Below are positions 21,193 to 33,013 of a stretch of DNA of 64,000 nucleotides, one piece after another; within the stretch, counting starts at the first letter, position 1, and every line of letters begins with the position of its first letter. Source of the stretch: an uncultured Planctomycetota bacterium. GTDB taxonomy: Bacteria; Planctomycetota; Planctomycetia; Isosphaerales; Isosphaeraceae. The stretch covers positions 96,001-160,000 of the forward strand of contig CAWJTV010000028.1 of NCBI GenBank assembly GCA_963845755.1, in the 5' to 3' direction. The position numbers and the translations under genes are program-made. The notes under the pieces were generated by a model, which saw nothing but the letters and a program-made list of their open reading frames with translations, was not told where the DNA came from and did no database searches.

Positions 21193-21429
21193 TCGGATCG
21201 ACCATGGGGCGTCCGATCATTGTCGTCGAAATGAGCAGGATCCGGCGGGGTCGCTGACTCGGCCGGATCTTGCCTTTCCGTCGCAGTTCCCCAGGCTCCA
21301 TTCGCCGCGCACTGGGTATCGCCAATCCTCCATTCCAGGTTCCCGCGAGCGATCTCCGGAATTCGGGATCTGGAATCCTCTCTCATCGTGGCCGAATGCC
21401 GCGTTCCGGGGTCGAGTGTCGAGGCGACG

Positions 21430-24374
21430 ATGCGCGGTCGCTTGCTGATCGGTTTAATTGTGATTGGGGTCGTGCTGGTGACGTGGTTCGTGGTCCGCGC
21501 GGTGGAGACGCAGCGGTTCGGGAACGAGTTACTCAGGGCCCGTCGCGATTTCGGGGCGGGGCGGTTCGAGACGGCCCGAAAGAACCTGGCGCAACTGGCT
21601 CGGGGGCGGCCCGGCGAGGGAGAAGTCGAGTACCTGCTGGGCGCCTGCGAGATGGTCAAGAGCCATGCCGATGCGGCGATGGCGGCGTGGGCTCGCGTCC
21701 CCGATTCATCCCCATTCGCACCGGCCGCCGGTCTGGCGCGGGGCCGCCGTGCGCTGGATGTCGGTCGCTACCGGCTCGCTGAGACCTGCCTCGAGCGCGC
21801 GAGCCGCGGGGGGGGCGAAATTGGCCAGGAGGCCGGGCGGCTTCTCGAATGGCTCTACTGGATGACCGGCCGGCGCGACGATTACAAGAGACTCTTGCAC
21901 CGGAACGTCGAGCGGGCCATCGATCCTTCCCCTCTCCTGCGTACCCTCTGGGCCGCCGACCACGATCCGTATCCGGTCAACGGCATGACGCGGTCGCTCG
22001 CCAAGGCCAGGGAGTCCGCTCCCGACGACGATCGTGTCTGGCTCGGTCTGGCCGACCTGGCTACCCGCAACGGGCGATATCAGGAGGCCGGCTCCTGGTT
22101 GGATCGATGCGAACAAGCGCAGCCCGACGATTCCTCAGTCTGGCTTGCCCGTCTCCGATGGGCGGAGGCGGCCGGCCGGTCCGACGAGGTCAGCAGAGCG
22201 GCGACACACCTGCCAGGTTCGAGTGTGCCCTGGTCGCGCATTCTGGCCCTTCGGGCGAAGCTCGCTGCCCACAAGGGAGACACACAGGGCGAGCGCGCCG
22301 TCCCTCGAAGAGCTCGTTGCTGTGCAACCGGGGGCCGATGACGCACTCGAGCGCCTGGCCGATCTCGCCGCGCAAGCGGGGGAGGGGGAACGCGTCGCGG
22401 AATTGCGGCACCGCAAGGCGACGATCGATTCGGCTCGCGATCATTATCGGGGTCTCATCAACCTGCCTGACATGGCGCCGCACGCCGCGGAATTCGCCCG
22501 GGCGGCCGAGTCGATCGGCCGATGGTTCGACGCTCGAGCCTGGTGGACGCTGGCGGCTCCGTCGCGAACAATCCTTCGCCGCCGAGGCTGCCGCCGCGAT
22601 GGCCCGGATGTCTGAGGCCGAGTCGGCCGCCGAGGCGGTATCGCCGAGTGTCGAGCCGGCGTCACGCCAATCGCTGGCCAACCTCATCGGTCCGATCGCA
22701 GTCCCACAAGCGCCGTCAACCACCGGAGTGCGCGGTCTCGACATCCCTCTGTTCGCGGACGAGGCTGAGGCCCGAGGGTTGGTTTTTCCTTTCGACAACG
22801 GTTGCACGGATCTCCGACAGATCCCCGAGACCATGAGCGGCGGGGTGGCTGTCCTCGATTTCGACGGCGATGGATGGCTTGACGTCTATGCCGTTCAAGG
22901 CGGCCCTTTTCCGCCTCCCGATGCGAACCCGCCGTTTGGCGACCGACTCTTCCGCAACCACGGCGACGGCCGATTTGTGGACGTGACGGCAGCATCGGGA
23001 CTTGCCCGCTGTCCCGGCGGATACGGCCACGGCATCGCCGTGGGGGATTACGACAACGATGGCCGGTCGGACCTCTTCGTCACTCGATGGGGGTCTTACG
23101 CCCTCTATCACAACCTCGGCGAGGGCCGCTTCCAGGACGTCACCTCAGAGTCGGGGCTTGGCGGCGATCGCGACTGGCCGACCTCGGCGGCCTGGGCCGA
23201 CCTCGATAATGACGGCGATCTCGACCTCTATGTCTGTCACTATCTGAAGTGGGATCCCAAGAACCCCGAGCTTTGTGAGAGTCCGGATCATCCCGGGCAG
23301 GGGCACACTTACTGCGACCCGCGAGGCTCTCCGGCATTGCCGGACCACGTTTTTCGAAACGACCGTGGCCGGTTCACCGACGTGACTCGCGCGGCCGGAA
23401 TTCTCGACCGCGAGGGGCGCGGCCTTGGCGTCGTCGCGGCCGATCTTGATGGCGACGGCCGGACCGACCTGTTCGTGGCCAATGATACCACCGCCAATTA
23501 CTTCTTCCTTAATCGCGGAGGCTTTCGCTTCTCGGAGCAGGGGATGGAGTCGGGTCTGACCGCCAGCGCCGAGGGCGGTTATCTCGCGGGGATGGGGGTG
23601 GCCTGCGGCGACTTCGACGGCGACGGCCGGATCGACCTGGCCGTGACCAATTTCTTCAACCAGTCGACGACCCTGTATCACAATCACGGCGGCGGTCTCT
23701 TCAGCGACCGCTCCGCCGAAACTGGCCTCGCCGTCGCCACGCGGCAGGTCCTCGGCTTCGGTCTGGCGGCGCTGGACGCCAACAATGACGGCTGGTTAGA
23801 CCTGGTCCAGGCCAACGGACATGTCGCCGACTTCCGCCCCTCGATCCCTCGAGAGATGAACGCCCAGCTCCTGCTCGGCGATGGCATGGGCCGGTTCGTC
23901 GATGTCTCGGACCGCGCCGGTAAACCATGGCAAATCCCCAGGTTGGGACGTGGCCTGGCCCTCGCCGATGTGGACAATGATGGGTACACTGACGTGCTGC
24001 TCGTCAGCCAGAACGCGCCGCTGGCCCTGATGCGCAATCAGTCCCGCTCGCAAGGCCACTACCTCGCGCTCGCGCTGGAAGGAACGGCCTCCAACCGCGA
24101 CGGCGCAGGCGCGCGGGTGGCTGTGACAGTATCGGGCCAGACGAGAGTGACGGCGCGGTTCGGGGGCGGAAGCTATCTGTCGGCGAGTGACCCCCGGCTC
24201 CACTTCGGGCTAGGGCGGGCTCAGATCGTGGATCGTGTCGAGGTTACCTGGCCATCGGGCCGCCGGGACTCCTACCGAGACCTGCCCGCCAACACCGGCT
24301 ATCGGCTTCGCGAGGGGGCTGCCGCACCGGAGCCACTTTGCGGATTCGCCCCCGGGGCGGCGAAACGGCAATGA
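21430..24374 (+). CDS. TPR + FG-GAP/ASPIC-UnbV (CRTAC1-like) protein (frameshifts ~22300, ~22560)
   Basis: ORFs 21388.. and 21849..24374 plus a bridging frame (ALERLADLAAQAGE...HYRGLINLPDMAPHAAEF) are colinear with 9938..12853. Confidence 0.9.
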
Positions 24375-24612
24375 GTCGCGCCCTACGTGACTCACAGTAT
24401 TCTCGACGACGACCGTGTCCGCGCCCGTAGAACAGCTGTTGGAATCCGCGATGGGCGCCGGGCCAGCGTCTGGATAAGATGTCCGGACAGCCTAACACCC
24501 GAGTTGAACTCGCATGAGCCCTGAGCTAGCGCCCATGCGTTCGCATTAACGAGTCCAAGCGGGCCCTGAGTCGGTGACGGGACTCGAACGAGAGGATGGA
24601 CTCTGTTCCCTC

Positions 24613-25122
24613 ATGGAGAAGACCATGGATGGTAAGGGACGGGGCAGGCTGTTATTGGTCGAAGACGAGAGCCTCCTGAGGCGATTGATCGCGGAATTCC
24701 TTCGTGCGGAAGGGTTTGAGGTGATCGAGGCTGCCGACGGACTCGAAGGGGCCGGCTTCTTTGCCGGTCAGGGTCCTTTCGATCTGGTTCTGCTGGACCT
24801 GAATCTCCCCTTCCTCTCCGGTGTCAACGTCTGTCAACAGATCAAGACCCGCAACCCCCTCCAGCCGGTGTTGATCTGTAGCGCCGCCATTCTGGACAAC
24901 CATGTGGCGGCACTCCATGCCCTGAACGTCAACCATTTCCTGACCAAGCCCTATCACCCCCTCGACCTGTTGGATCGCATTGCCGCGAGATGTCCCGCCC
25001 CATCTCGAGGGAGAGTGAACGTCTCCCGCGGCCCTTCACCGCCGCGGGTTTGGCACCGAAGCCCCCCGGCCCATCATTGTCGCAACGGTCAAACCCTGGT
25101 CAAGCGACTCCCTTTGGATTAA
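24613..25122 (+). CDS. Stand-alone response regulator receiver protein
   Basis: LLVEDE, LLDLNLP, ICSA, FLTKPY. Confidence 0.85.
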   Translation: MEKTMDGKGRGRLLLVEDESLLRRLIAEFLRAEGFEVIEAADGLEGAGFFAGQGPFDLVLLDLNLPFLSGVNVCQQIKTRNPLQPVLICSAAILDNHVAALHALNVNHFLTKPYHPLDLLDRIAARCPAPSRGRVNVSRGPSPPRVWHRSPPAHHCRNGQTLVKRLPLD

Positions 25123-25226
25123 GATGATTCCCTGTTCGTGTGCCGGTCTCGCTCGTCACGGGTGATCGCGTCGAGGGAGCCACACTGGGACCAAGCGACA
25201 TTATCTCGTCTGCGAAGGACGGTTTC

Positions 25227-25748
25227 ATGGCTGGGAAACCGCTGAATCGATTGGACCTGCGGCGGCAAAGGGAGGCTGCTGAACCCCTGGACCCGATGGA
25301 AGACGAAACCGACGAGGTCGTCGAGGAAGTCGAGGAGGAAGAGGTAGCCGAACGTCGTCCCAAGAAGAAACCGAAGGCGGCTCCCAAGTCCAAGGCGAAG
25401 TCTTCCCGCTCGGCCAAGCCGGCCGCCCGGATGCGAATCGTCTGGGCGGTCCTGAACGATGCGTTCAAGCCGGTCGCAACATTCGAGTATTCCCAGAAGC
25501 CGGCGGCCGAGGCCAGGGCGGCCGAGTTGACCGCCAAGGGGAAGGGAACCCATTTCGTGGTCAAGACCAAGGAGCCGATGCCCGAAGACGCTCCGGGTAT
25601 CGGCGCCGCGATTCCCCGCGTGGTCACACCGCCGGCGAAGGCGGCACGGAAAGAGGTGGAAGCTCCGATCGAAGAGGAAGAAGAGATCGAAGAGGAAGAA
25701 GACAACGATATCGACATGGGGGATGACGGCGGCGACGACGACGAGTGA
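25227..25748 (+). CDS. Hypothetical charged low-complexity protein
   Basis: Acidic and Lys/Ala tracts flank a small folded-looking core (RMRIVWAVLNDAFKPVATFEY...HFVVKTKEP). Confidence 0.75.
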   Translation: MAGKPLNRLDLRRQREAAEPLDPMEDETDEVVEEVEEEEVAERRPKKKPKAAPKSKAKSSRSAKPAARMRIVWAVLNDAFKPVATFEYSQKPAAEARAAELTAKGKGTHFVVKTKEPMPEDAPGIGAAIPRVVTPPAKAARKEVEAPIEEEEEIEEEEDNDIDMGDDGGDDDE

Positions 25749-25860
25749 GGGCGACGAATCTCAGGACTCGCGGTCGTCCGCATCGCTCGTCTCATCCCAG
25801 CGATCATCGGGATCCTACGACCGAGCTTCGTCATCTCCCATTCTTCCAGGGTTGTGTAAC

Positions 25861-26553
25861 TTGCTCGATGCTTTGGTCGTTGCACCGCATCCGGATGATG
25901 CCGAGCTCGGTATGGGTGGGACGATCATCCGGCTGATCCAACAGGGCTGGTCCTTGGGTATCCTCGACCTGACCAGCGGCGAGCCGACTCCGTTGGGCAA
26001 TCCGGAGCGCCGCGCGGCCGAGACGGCGGCGGCCAACGCTGAAATGGGGAATCCCTGGCGGAAAAACCTCGGGCTCCCCAACCGCAACCTCGAACCGACC
26101 CTTCTCCATCGCCGGGCCGTTGCAGCGGTGTTCCGCCAGGTCCGGCCGCGACTGTTGTTCGCCCCCTTCTGGGAAGATGCCCATCCCGATCACACCGCGG
26201 CCACCAAACTGGTCGAGGACGCGCGATTCTGGAGCAAGCTCACCAAGTCGGACATTCCCGGCGAGCCGTTTCATCCGGCGCGAATCCTCTACTACTTCAG
26301 CGTGCACTTGAAGATCGTCGAGCGTCCCAGCCTGGCCATCGACGTCTCCGACCAGCACGACGCCAAGCTCGCGGCCCTACGGTGCTATCGGTCGCAACTC
26401 GTGGAGAATCAGCCCCAGGTCGGGCTGGGGGTCATCGATTCGATCTGCGACCGGACCCGCTACTGGGGACATTTCATCGGCGTTCGTCATGCCGAGCCGT
26501 TCGCCAGCCGCGAGCCCGTCGGGTTGCGCGGGCTCGATGACCTGTTGCTGTGA
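25861..26553 (+). CDS. bshB1: PIG-L family deacetylase (BshB1-like)
   Basis: APHPDDAELGMGG, DLTSGE, DAHPDH, CYRSQ, AEPF; TTG start assumed. Confidence 0.75.
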   Translation: MLDALVVAPHPDDAELGMGGTIIRLIQQGWSLGILDLTSGEPTPLGNPERRAAETAAANAEMGNPWRKNLGLPNRNLEPTLLHRRAVAAVFRQVRPRLLFAPFWEDAHPDHTAATKLVEDARFWSKLTKSDIPGEPFHPARILYYFSVHLKIVERPSLAIDVSDQHDAKLAALRCYRSQLVENQPQVGLGVIDSICDRTRYWGHFIGVRHAEPFASREPVGLRGLDDLLL

Positions 26554-26561
26554 GATGACCA

Positions 26562-27218
26562 TCAACCCGCCGGCGCGACGCGAACACGACGGCCGTCGAC
26601 CTTGAGTCGGCCCTGGGCATACATCGTGATCGCTTCGGGCAGCGCCTTGCATTCCTCTTGAAAGACACGGGCGGCGAGGGTCTCCGCAGTGTCATCTTCC
26701 AGCACGGGAACGACTCGCTGAAGGATGATCGGCCCACTGTCGTAGTTGTCATCGGCGAAGTGGATCGTGCAACCACTCGTCTTCACACCGGATTCGATCA
26801 CGGCCTTGTGGATCTTCGAACCGTAATACCCCTCGCCCGAAAAGGCGGGAATCAGTGAAGGATGAATGTTGATCACGCGACCCTTGTAGTCGGGCGGGAT
26901 ATGCAGCAATGAGAGAAAACCTCCCAGCACCACCAAATCGGCCCGGCTATGCCGGATCGGTTCGAAGACCGAGGCGCTGAACTCGGTCCGGGAACGTGCG
27001 TTGCGGTTGGCCAGGGCCATCGGGATCTGGGCCGCATCGGCACGCGAGACCGCGCCGATCCGAGGTCGACTCGCGACCACCTGAACAATCTCCGCCGTCA
27101 GCCGCCGCCCTCGGATCTGATCGATGAGGTTTTGGAGCGTGGTTCCTTCCCCCGAGACGCAAACAGCCAGCCGAATCGGTGGATTGACGATCGGCGGATT
27201 GCGCGGAATCTGGGCCAT
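26562..27218 (-). CDS. purN: Phosphoribosylglycinamide formyltransferase
   Basis: SGEGTTLQ, NIHPSLIPAFSG, SGCTIHF, YDSGPIILQ. Confidence 0.93.
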   Translation of the reverse strand: MAQIPRNPPIVNPPIRLAVCVSGEGTTLQNLIDQIRGRRLTAEIVQVVASRPRIGAVSRADAAQIPMALANRNARSRTEFSASVFEPIRHSRADLVVLGGFLSLLHIPPDYKGRVINIHPSLIPAFSGEGYYGSKIHKAVIESGVKTSGCTIHFADDNYDSGPIILQRVVPVLEDDTAETLAARVFQEECKALPEAITMYAQGRLKVDGRRVRVAPAG

Positions 27219-27318
27219 GGCGAATCATCTCCCGGAAGGAGGATTGGCTGTCATCCCATTATGAAGCCTATCCGGGAGTTTTCAAATCCTCGTATGGAAA
27301 CGGGTCCGACCGGCGTCT

Positions 27319-27915
27319 TCAAACCTGGGCCGCCGGCGCGATCGGATCGAACAACCGCGCCAGCGGCAGCCGAAAGCCGGGCAAGACGTCGCCACCCTCG
27401 AGCGCGTCGGATTCGGTGATGAGTCGCATCCGGGTCGGAGACTCGTAGACGTGAGCAAAGCGATGCTGGGGGGAGATCAACCAGACAAGTCGAACTCCGG
27501 CCTGGAAATACTCGAAAACTCTGCTCCATAAGTCCTCGGCGAAGTCGGTGGGGCTGACGACCTCGACAGCAAGGTCGGGGACGACGTCCCAGGCATTATC
27601 GCCGACCGGTTGCGTGCGATCGTCGGGCCATCGTTCACTGGAGACGAAGGCGACGTCGGGTTTTCGATTGCGACCGGTATCCTTGGCCAGGGGCAGGCGG
27701 AAGAGAGATTCGACAATCGCTTCACCACGTTTCTCGGGCCAGGCAAAGAGATTGATCTCGGTCGCCAGCCTCGTTGCGATCTTGGCGGCATAAGCACTCA
27801 TGGGAGGGATCTCGATGCGTTGTCCATCGACGATTTCGTAAGCATCGTCGTCCAAGAATGCCGGTTCTAACTGGACAGCGCTGTCCGGGCTCTCGAGTAA
27901 GGCGGTAGCCGCCAT
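27319..27915 (-). CDS. Uma2 family endonuclease-like protein
   Basis: YEIVDG, KPDVAFVS, PDLAVEVVSP, YFQAGVRLVWLI, VLPGF. Confidence 0.9.
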   Translation of the reverse strand: MAATALLESPDSAVQLEPAFLDDDAYEIVDGQRIEIPPMSAYAAKIATRLATEINLFAWPEKRGEAIVESLFRLPLAKDTGRNRKPDVAFVSSERWPDDRTQPVGDNAWDVVPDLAVEVVSPTDFAEDLWSRVFEYFQAGVRLVWLISPQHRFAHVYESPTRMRLITESDALEGGDVLPGFRLPLARLFDPIAPAAQV

Positions 27916-27988
27916 GATCGTCTCCCCCCCGTCCGCCCCGACTTACGACGATTCACCACCGGTCCCAACACCGATTCTACACTCGGGT

Positions 27989-30815
27989 TCAATCCGCTCC
28001 CACTCGAGAGCTGGACTCGGTGACGACTCGCGCCAACGCTCGCAGAGCGTCGGATGCGCGGAGTTCTGGCCGACGCTAGGCCGGTAATTCCAGCATCGTT
28101 CACACTTGGCGTATGACGAGCGTTCAGCCTGGATGGTCTCGTTGGCGGCCGACGGGTCGGCGACGATCTCGACCTCGGAGACCATGCAGAGCATCGCGAG
28201 CAACTCGCAATCGGGTAGCAAACGATCCGGCCGACTGGTCGCGATCCGGACCCTGGCTTCCTGGCGCTGCCGATTTGTTTGTTCTTCCGCAACGTCTCCA
28301 GGGCGACGAGCACTTGCTCACGGAGCCGGATCAGCTCGTCCCAGCGTGCGCTGAATGCCTCGTCGTCCCATCGGGGGTCGGGCTCGGGGAACTCGGTGAG
28401 ATGCACGCTCGACCGTTCCTCGAGTCCGGCGGGCCGGTAGTCCCACGACTCCTCGGCCGTGTGCGGGATGATCGGGGCGAGCAGTCGAGTAAGATGATCG
28501 TGCAGTCGAGCGAGGACGAACTGGGCGGCGCGGCGGTCGGGGCCCGAGGGCGCTTCGGCATAGAGCCGGTCCTTGAGCACGTCCAAGTAGAAGCTCGACA
28601 GCTCCACTGCGCAGAACTGGTAGATTCGCTGATAGACCCGATAGAACTCGAACCGTTCGTAGGCCGCCCGGACGTCGCGAGTCACCCGGTTGAGCTGGCC
28701 GAGCGCCCAGCGGTCGATCTCGTGGAGAGACGACGGGGCGACCGAGGACGGGTCGAACCGCTGATAGTCCTCGACGTTTCCCAGGAGGTAGCGAAACGTG
28801 TTGCGGATCTTGCGGTAGGCTTCCGACATCTCCTTGATGCCGCGCTCGCTAACCGCGATGTCGTCGGCATAGTCCATGCTGGCGACATACAGCCTCAGGA
28901 CGTCGGCCCCGTAGGTGTTGGTCATCGTGTCGGCCGGGATGTAGTTGCCCAGCGACTTGGAGATCTTTCGCCCCTTCTCGTTGACGACGAACCCGTGGGT
29001 GAGCACCGTCTCGAACGGTGCGGTACCTGTCGTGCCGACGGCCGTCAAAATCGACGACTGGAACCAACCGCGGTGCTGGTCCGAGCCCTCGAGATACATG
29101 AACGTCGGGTAGCCGAGGTCGAAGTCCTTCGACAATACGGCGCGATGGCTGGAGCCGGACTCGAACCAGACGTCAAGAATGTCTCCCTCCTTGCGGAAGG
29201 AATTCCCGCCGCACTGCGGACACGACGCGCCGGGCGGAAGTAACTCTTCGACCGGCCGGGTGAACCAGGCATCGGCACCCTCGGCGCGGAACAGATCTCG
29301 GAAATGGCGTACCGTCTGGGCCGTGAGCCACTGGGCGTGGCAGGAGGTGCACCCCAGAGCCGGGATCGGAACACCCCAGGATCGCTGACGGCTGATGCAC
29401 CAATCCGGGCGGAGCGACACCATGGCCTCGATCCGCGTCTGGCCCCACTCCGGCAGCCACCGCACCTCGTCGATAGCCTTGAGAGTCCGACCCCGCAGAT
29501 CATCGTGGTCCACGCCGATGAACCACTGCTCGGTCGCCCGGAAGATCACGGGCTTCTTGCAGCGCCAGCAATGGGGATAGCTGTGCACCAGCGGCTGCTC
29601 GTGATACAGGTGGCCCGATTCCTTCAGCCGGTCGACGATCACCGGGTTCGCGGCAAAGACCTGCTGGCCCGTGAGCCAGCCGGGGGCCTCGGCAGTAAAT
29701 CGACCGGACTCGTCGACCGGACTCAGGACCGAGAGCTGATAGGCGCGCCCGGTATGATAGTCCTCGGCACCGTGCCCGGGCGCCGTGTGCACCATCCCCG
29801 TCCCATCCTCGACGCTCACGTAGTTGGCCAGCACGATCGGGCTAACCCGGTCAACGAAGGGATGCCGGTATTCCCGATGCTCGAGATCGCGGCCGCGGCA
29901 TCGGCCGACCTCGGTGAACTCGGTGACCTGGCGCAGGCCCATGACCTTGGCGACGAGGTCGGCGGCCAGGATGGTCGAAACCGTGCGTCCGGTCCCCGGG
30001 TCGTGATACCGCACTCCCGCGTAGGTTACTTCCGGGTGGACGGCAATCGCCACGTTGGCCGGGAGTGTCCACGGGGTGGTCGTCCAGATCATGAGGTGCC
30101 ACGAACAGCCGCCGGCGCCTTCACTCGCCTGCCAGCCGTCGGGCACACCCGAGACCATCGGGAAGTTGACATAGATGCTCGGTGTCGTCTCCTCTTGATA
30201 TTCCAGCTCCGCCTCGGCCAGAGCAGTGCGATCGGTCAGGCACCAGTGGATCGGCTTGAGCTGGCGGTTGACGAAGCCCCGCTCGATCAGGTCGGCCAGG
30301 ACGTCGAGGATGCCCGCCTCATACCGCGGGTCGAGAGTCAGGTAGGGACGGTCCCAGTCGCCCAGGACCCCGAGCCGTCGGAACTGGGTACGTTGAACGT
30401 CCACCCACTTCATGGCCTCGGTTTGACACAGGGCCCGGATTTCGGCATGGCTCATCCGCGCAGCCTTGGGCCCCAGGTCCTTGGCCACTTTGTGCTCGAT
30501 CGGCAGCCCGTGGCAGTCCCAACCGGGAACGTACGGACTGTCGAACCCCACCATCGACAACGAACGGGCGACGATGTCCTTGAGCACCTTGTTCAGCAAG
30601 GTGCCCATATGGATCTCGCCATTGGCATAGGGAGGCCCGTCGTGCAGGACCTTCCGCGGTCGTCCGGCGCGCACACGACGGAGCTGGGCGTACAGATCCT
30701 CGTCGCGCCACCGGGCCTGGATCTGCGGCTCGCGAACCGTCAGGTTCGCTTTCATCTCGAAACGGGTCACCGGGAGATTAAGAGTTTCTTTATAGGGCTT
30801 GGTATGAGTGGCCAT
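27989..30815 (-). CDS. ileS: Isoleucine--tRNA ligase (frameshifts ~28260, ~28035)
   Basis: HDGPPYANGEIHMG, GWDCHGLP, WTTTPWT, DWCISRQR, GSDQHRGWF, KISKS; C-terminal CERCW zinc finger in another frame. Confidence 0.95.
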
Positions 30816-31026
30816 GGGCAAAACGGCAAAAAAGGGTGCGGGATAAATCGTCCTCGACCAGGGAACACCGCGATGACGATCGGGTCGGATGACTCCGTCG
30901 CGTCGTCGAGGCCAATGGAAACGTTCCCGATCTCCGACCGGCCCGTCGTGGTCCAGGAAGGTGCATCGAATCGCGAATAGAAGGGTGAGTCTCCCCAGGT
31001 CGCGCCGCGATTCCAGCCGCCCTGGA

Positions 31027-31856
31027 CTAGCCCTTCCATCTCATGAGGACACCACCAACGATCGCTCGCAACTTGGACTCGGCTTCGTTGGCCACGGCGA
31101 CGATCTCCTCGATGCTCACCGGATGCAGGGCGTCGGGCAGGCACAAGTCCGTGACGATCGAAAACCCCAGCACCTTCAGACCAGCGTGGACCGCGACGAG
31201 AACCTCGGGAACCGTTGACATCCCGACCACGTCGGCACCGATGCCTCTAAGAAAGCGATATTCGGCGCGAGTTTCGAGATTGGGGCCGACCACCGCCACG
31301 TAGACACCGCGGCGCGCCACGATGTTCGATTCCATCGCCAGTTCCAGCGCGAGATTCTGGAGGCCTCGATCATAGGGCTCGATCAGGTCGGGGAAACGGG
31401 GACCGAGCCGGTCGTCGTTGGGCCCGATCAGCGGGTTCAATCCCATCAAATTGATGTGATCGTCGATGACAACCAGGTCCCCCTTCTCGTAGAGAGGGTT
31501 GAGACCGCCCGCGGCGTTGGAGACGATCAGGAGCCGGCAACCCAGTTCTTTCATCACGCGGATCGGAAAGGTCACCTGCGAGGGCGAATAGCCTTCGTAG
31601 AGGTGGAACCGCCCCTCCATGGCCATGACCGCCTGGCCGGCCAGCCGGCCACAGACCAATTGCCCCTTGTGGCTCTCGACCGTCAACCTCGGAAAATGGG
31701 GTATTTCCGGGTACGGGATCGTCACTTCCGTCTCGATCTCGCGCGCAGGGCGCCCAGTCCCGTACCCAGGACCATGCCGACTCCCGGCTCACCACGCCAC
31801 CGCTCGCGGATTGTCCGTGACGCCTCCTGAACATGCTCCCATTCGTGTCGAATCAT
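31027..31856 (-). CDS. punA: Purine-nucleoside phosphorylase, trimeric family (frameshift ~31745)
   Basis: VLGTGLG in the upstream frame; [31 protein letters not shown]. Confidence 0.9.
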
Positions 31857-32056
31857 GGGTCTCCCCGATAGTACGTCAAGAGAGTCTCGGCCCGAACACG
31901 GCCATCACCGACCCGTCAGGTTGCGACGGGTCTTTTAGCCGCTCGACGCGGCATGTTCCATCGCATCTCCCCGCCAAACGGGAGAGCCCCCATGAGTCAG
32001 ATCGCATCGAGCCCGGTTTCTGTGGCATGAGAACCCACAGATCATCAGCGCGACGC

Positions 32057-32497
32057 TCACGCCCGGAATCCGAACCGGCGCAGCAAGCGAGCGAACCGCG
32101 GATCGCGTCGCAGGGATTTCAGATCGGGATCACGCCGGAGACGGGTGGCCCATCGGTAGCCCAGTTCCAGGGACCTTTGCAGAGCAAAGAAGCCCGGGTC
32201 GATCATCCCCAGGACCGTGTAGCTGCAAGCCAGGTTATACCACGCAATGGCATCCTCGGGCATCAGCCGAACCAACCGGCGATCGAGCTGGAGCGCTCGG
32301 CCGTACTGTCCCTTGGCGGCGAGGTTGTTCGCCTGCACCCGCAAAGCATCCGTGAAGAAGGGGTCGCGCTCCAGGAGCCGGCCGAGAAACTCGATTTCGA
32401 AGTCGAGCTGGCTTTGCTCGCGCAAACGTCGCGTTGACGTCTCGGGAGAAGGGCGTTCCGAGGATGGTTCGCCCGGACGATCCACTGGTGCGGCCAT
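32057..32497 (-). CDS. Small TPR protein
   Basis: DFEIEF...DRRLVRLMPEDAIAWYNLACSY...DPDLKSLRRDPRF. Confidence 0.8.
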   Translation of the reverse strand: MAAPVDRPGEPSSERPSPETSTRRLREQSQLDFEIEFLGRLLERDPFFTDALRVQANNLAAKGQYGRALQLDRRLVRLMPEDAIAWYNLACSYTVLGMIDPGFFALQRSLELGYRWATRLRRDPDLKSLRRDPRFARLLRRFGFRA

Positions 32498-33013
32498 CGC
32501 AGCGTGACTCCTCCCGACCAGGGTTCCCGCACCCTCTTCCCCGAGCCTCCAGGGAGATCCGGTTGGAGTGTGGCTGATGCCTAATGAATTCAATGCCCGC
32601 GGACTCGCGCGAGATGGCCTCGGCCACCCTCTTCGAAAACCCATTCGCTCCAGGAATTCGGGTCCGATCCACTGTCCGTCCCCGACGCGAACGATCCGGG
32701 TCTCGGAAGAGTGATGCAGAGAGACTTAGGATAGCCGGAATCGACTCCGGCCGACAAGGTGTCAGGCCCAGGAGCGCCTGTGCCTTCGCGCACTTCCACT
32801 CCCCTCATGATAAGGGAAGTCTCACCACGTGACCAGCAGCCAGACACCCGCGACCACTCAAAGCACCTTACCGAAGTCGCTCCAAATGGCACCAGGGGCA
32901 TCCCCTGCGGTCCGTCGCCTGGGCTGCCCCTCGCAATCATCCATCATTGTGTAGGAATCAAGTCGGTGCCGCGGAACAAGGGCATGGAGGAGTGTTGCCG
33001 TCGAGGAGGGGGA

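Noticed and set aside
27319..27915. Uma2 as a defence or mobile nuclease
   Set aside because: The family is commonly expanded in planctomycetes, and no methylase or mobility genes are adjacent.
27989..28270. Programmed frameshifting or pseudogenisation of ileS
   Set aside because: No slippery heptamer noticed, and similar indels occur throughout the window.
29304..30980. 558-aa plus-strand ORF
   Set aside because: Antisense shadow of ileS.
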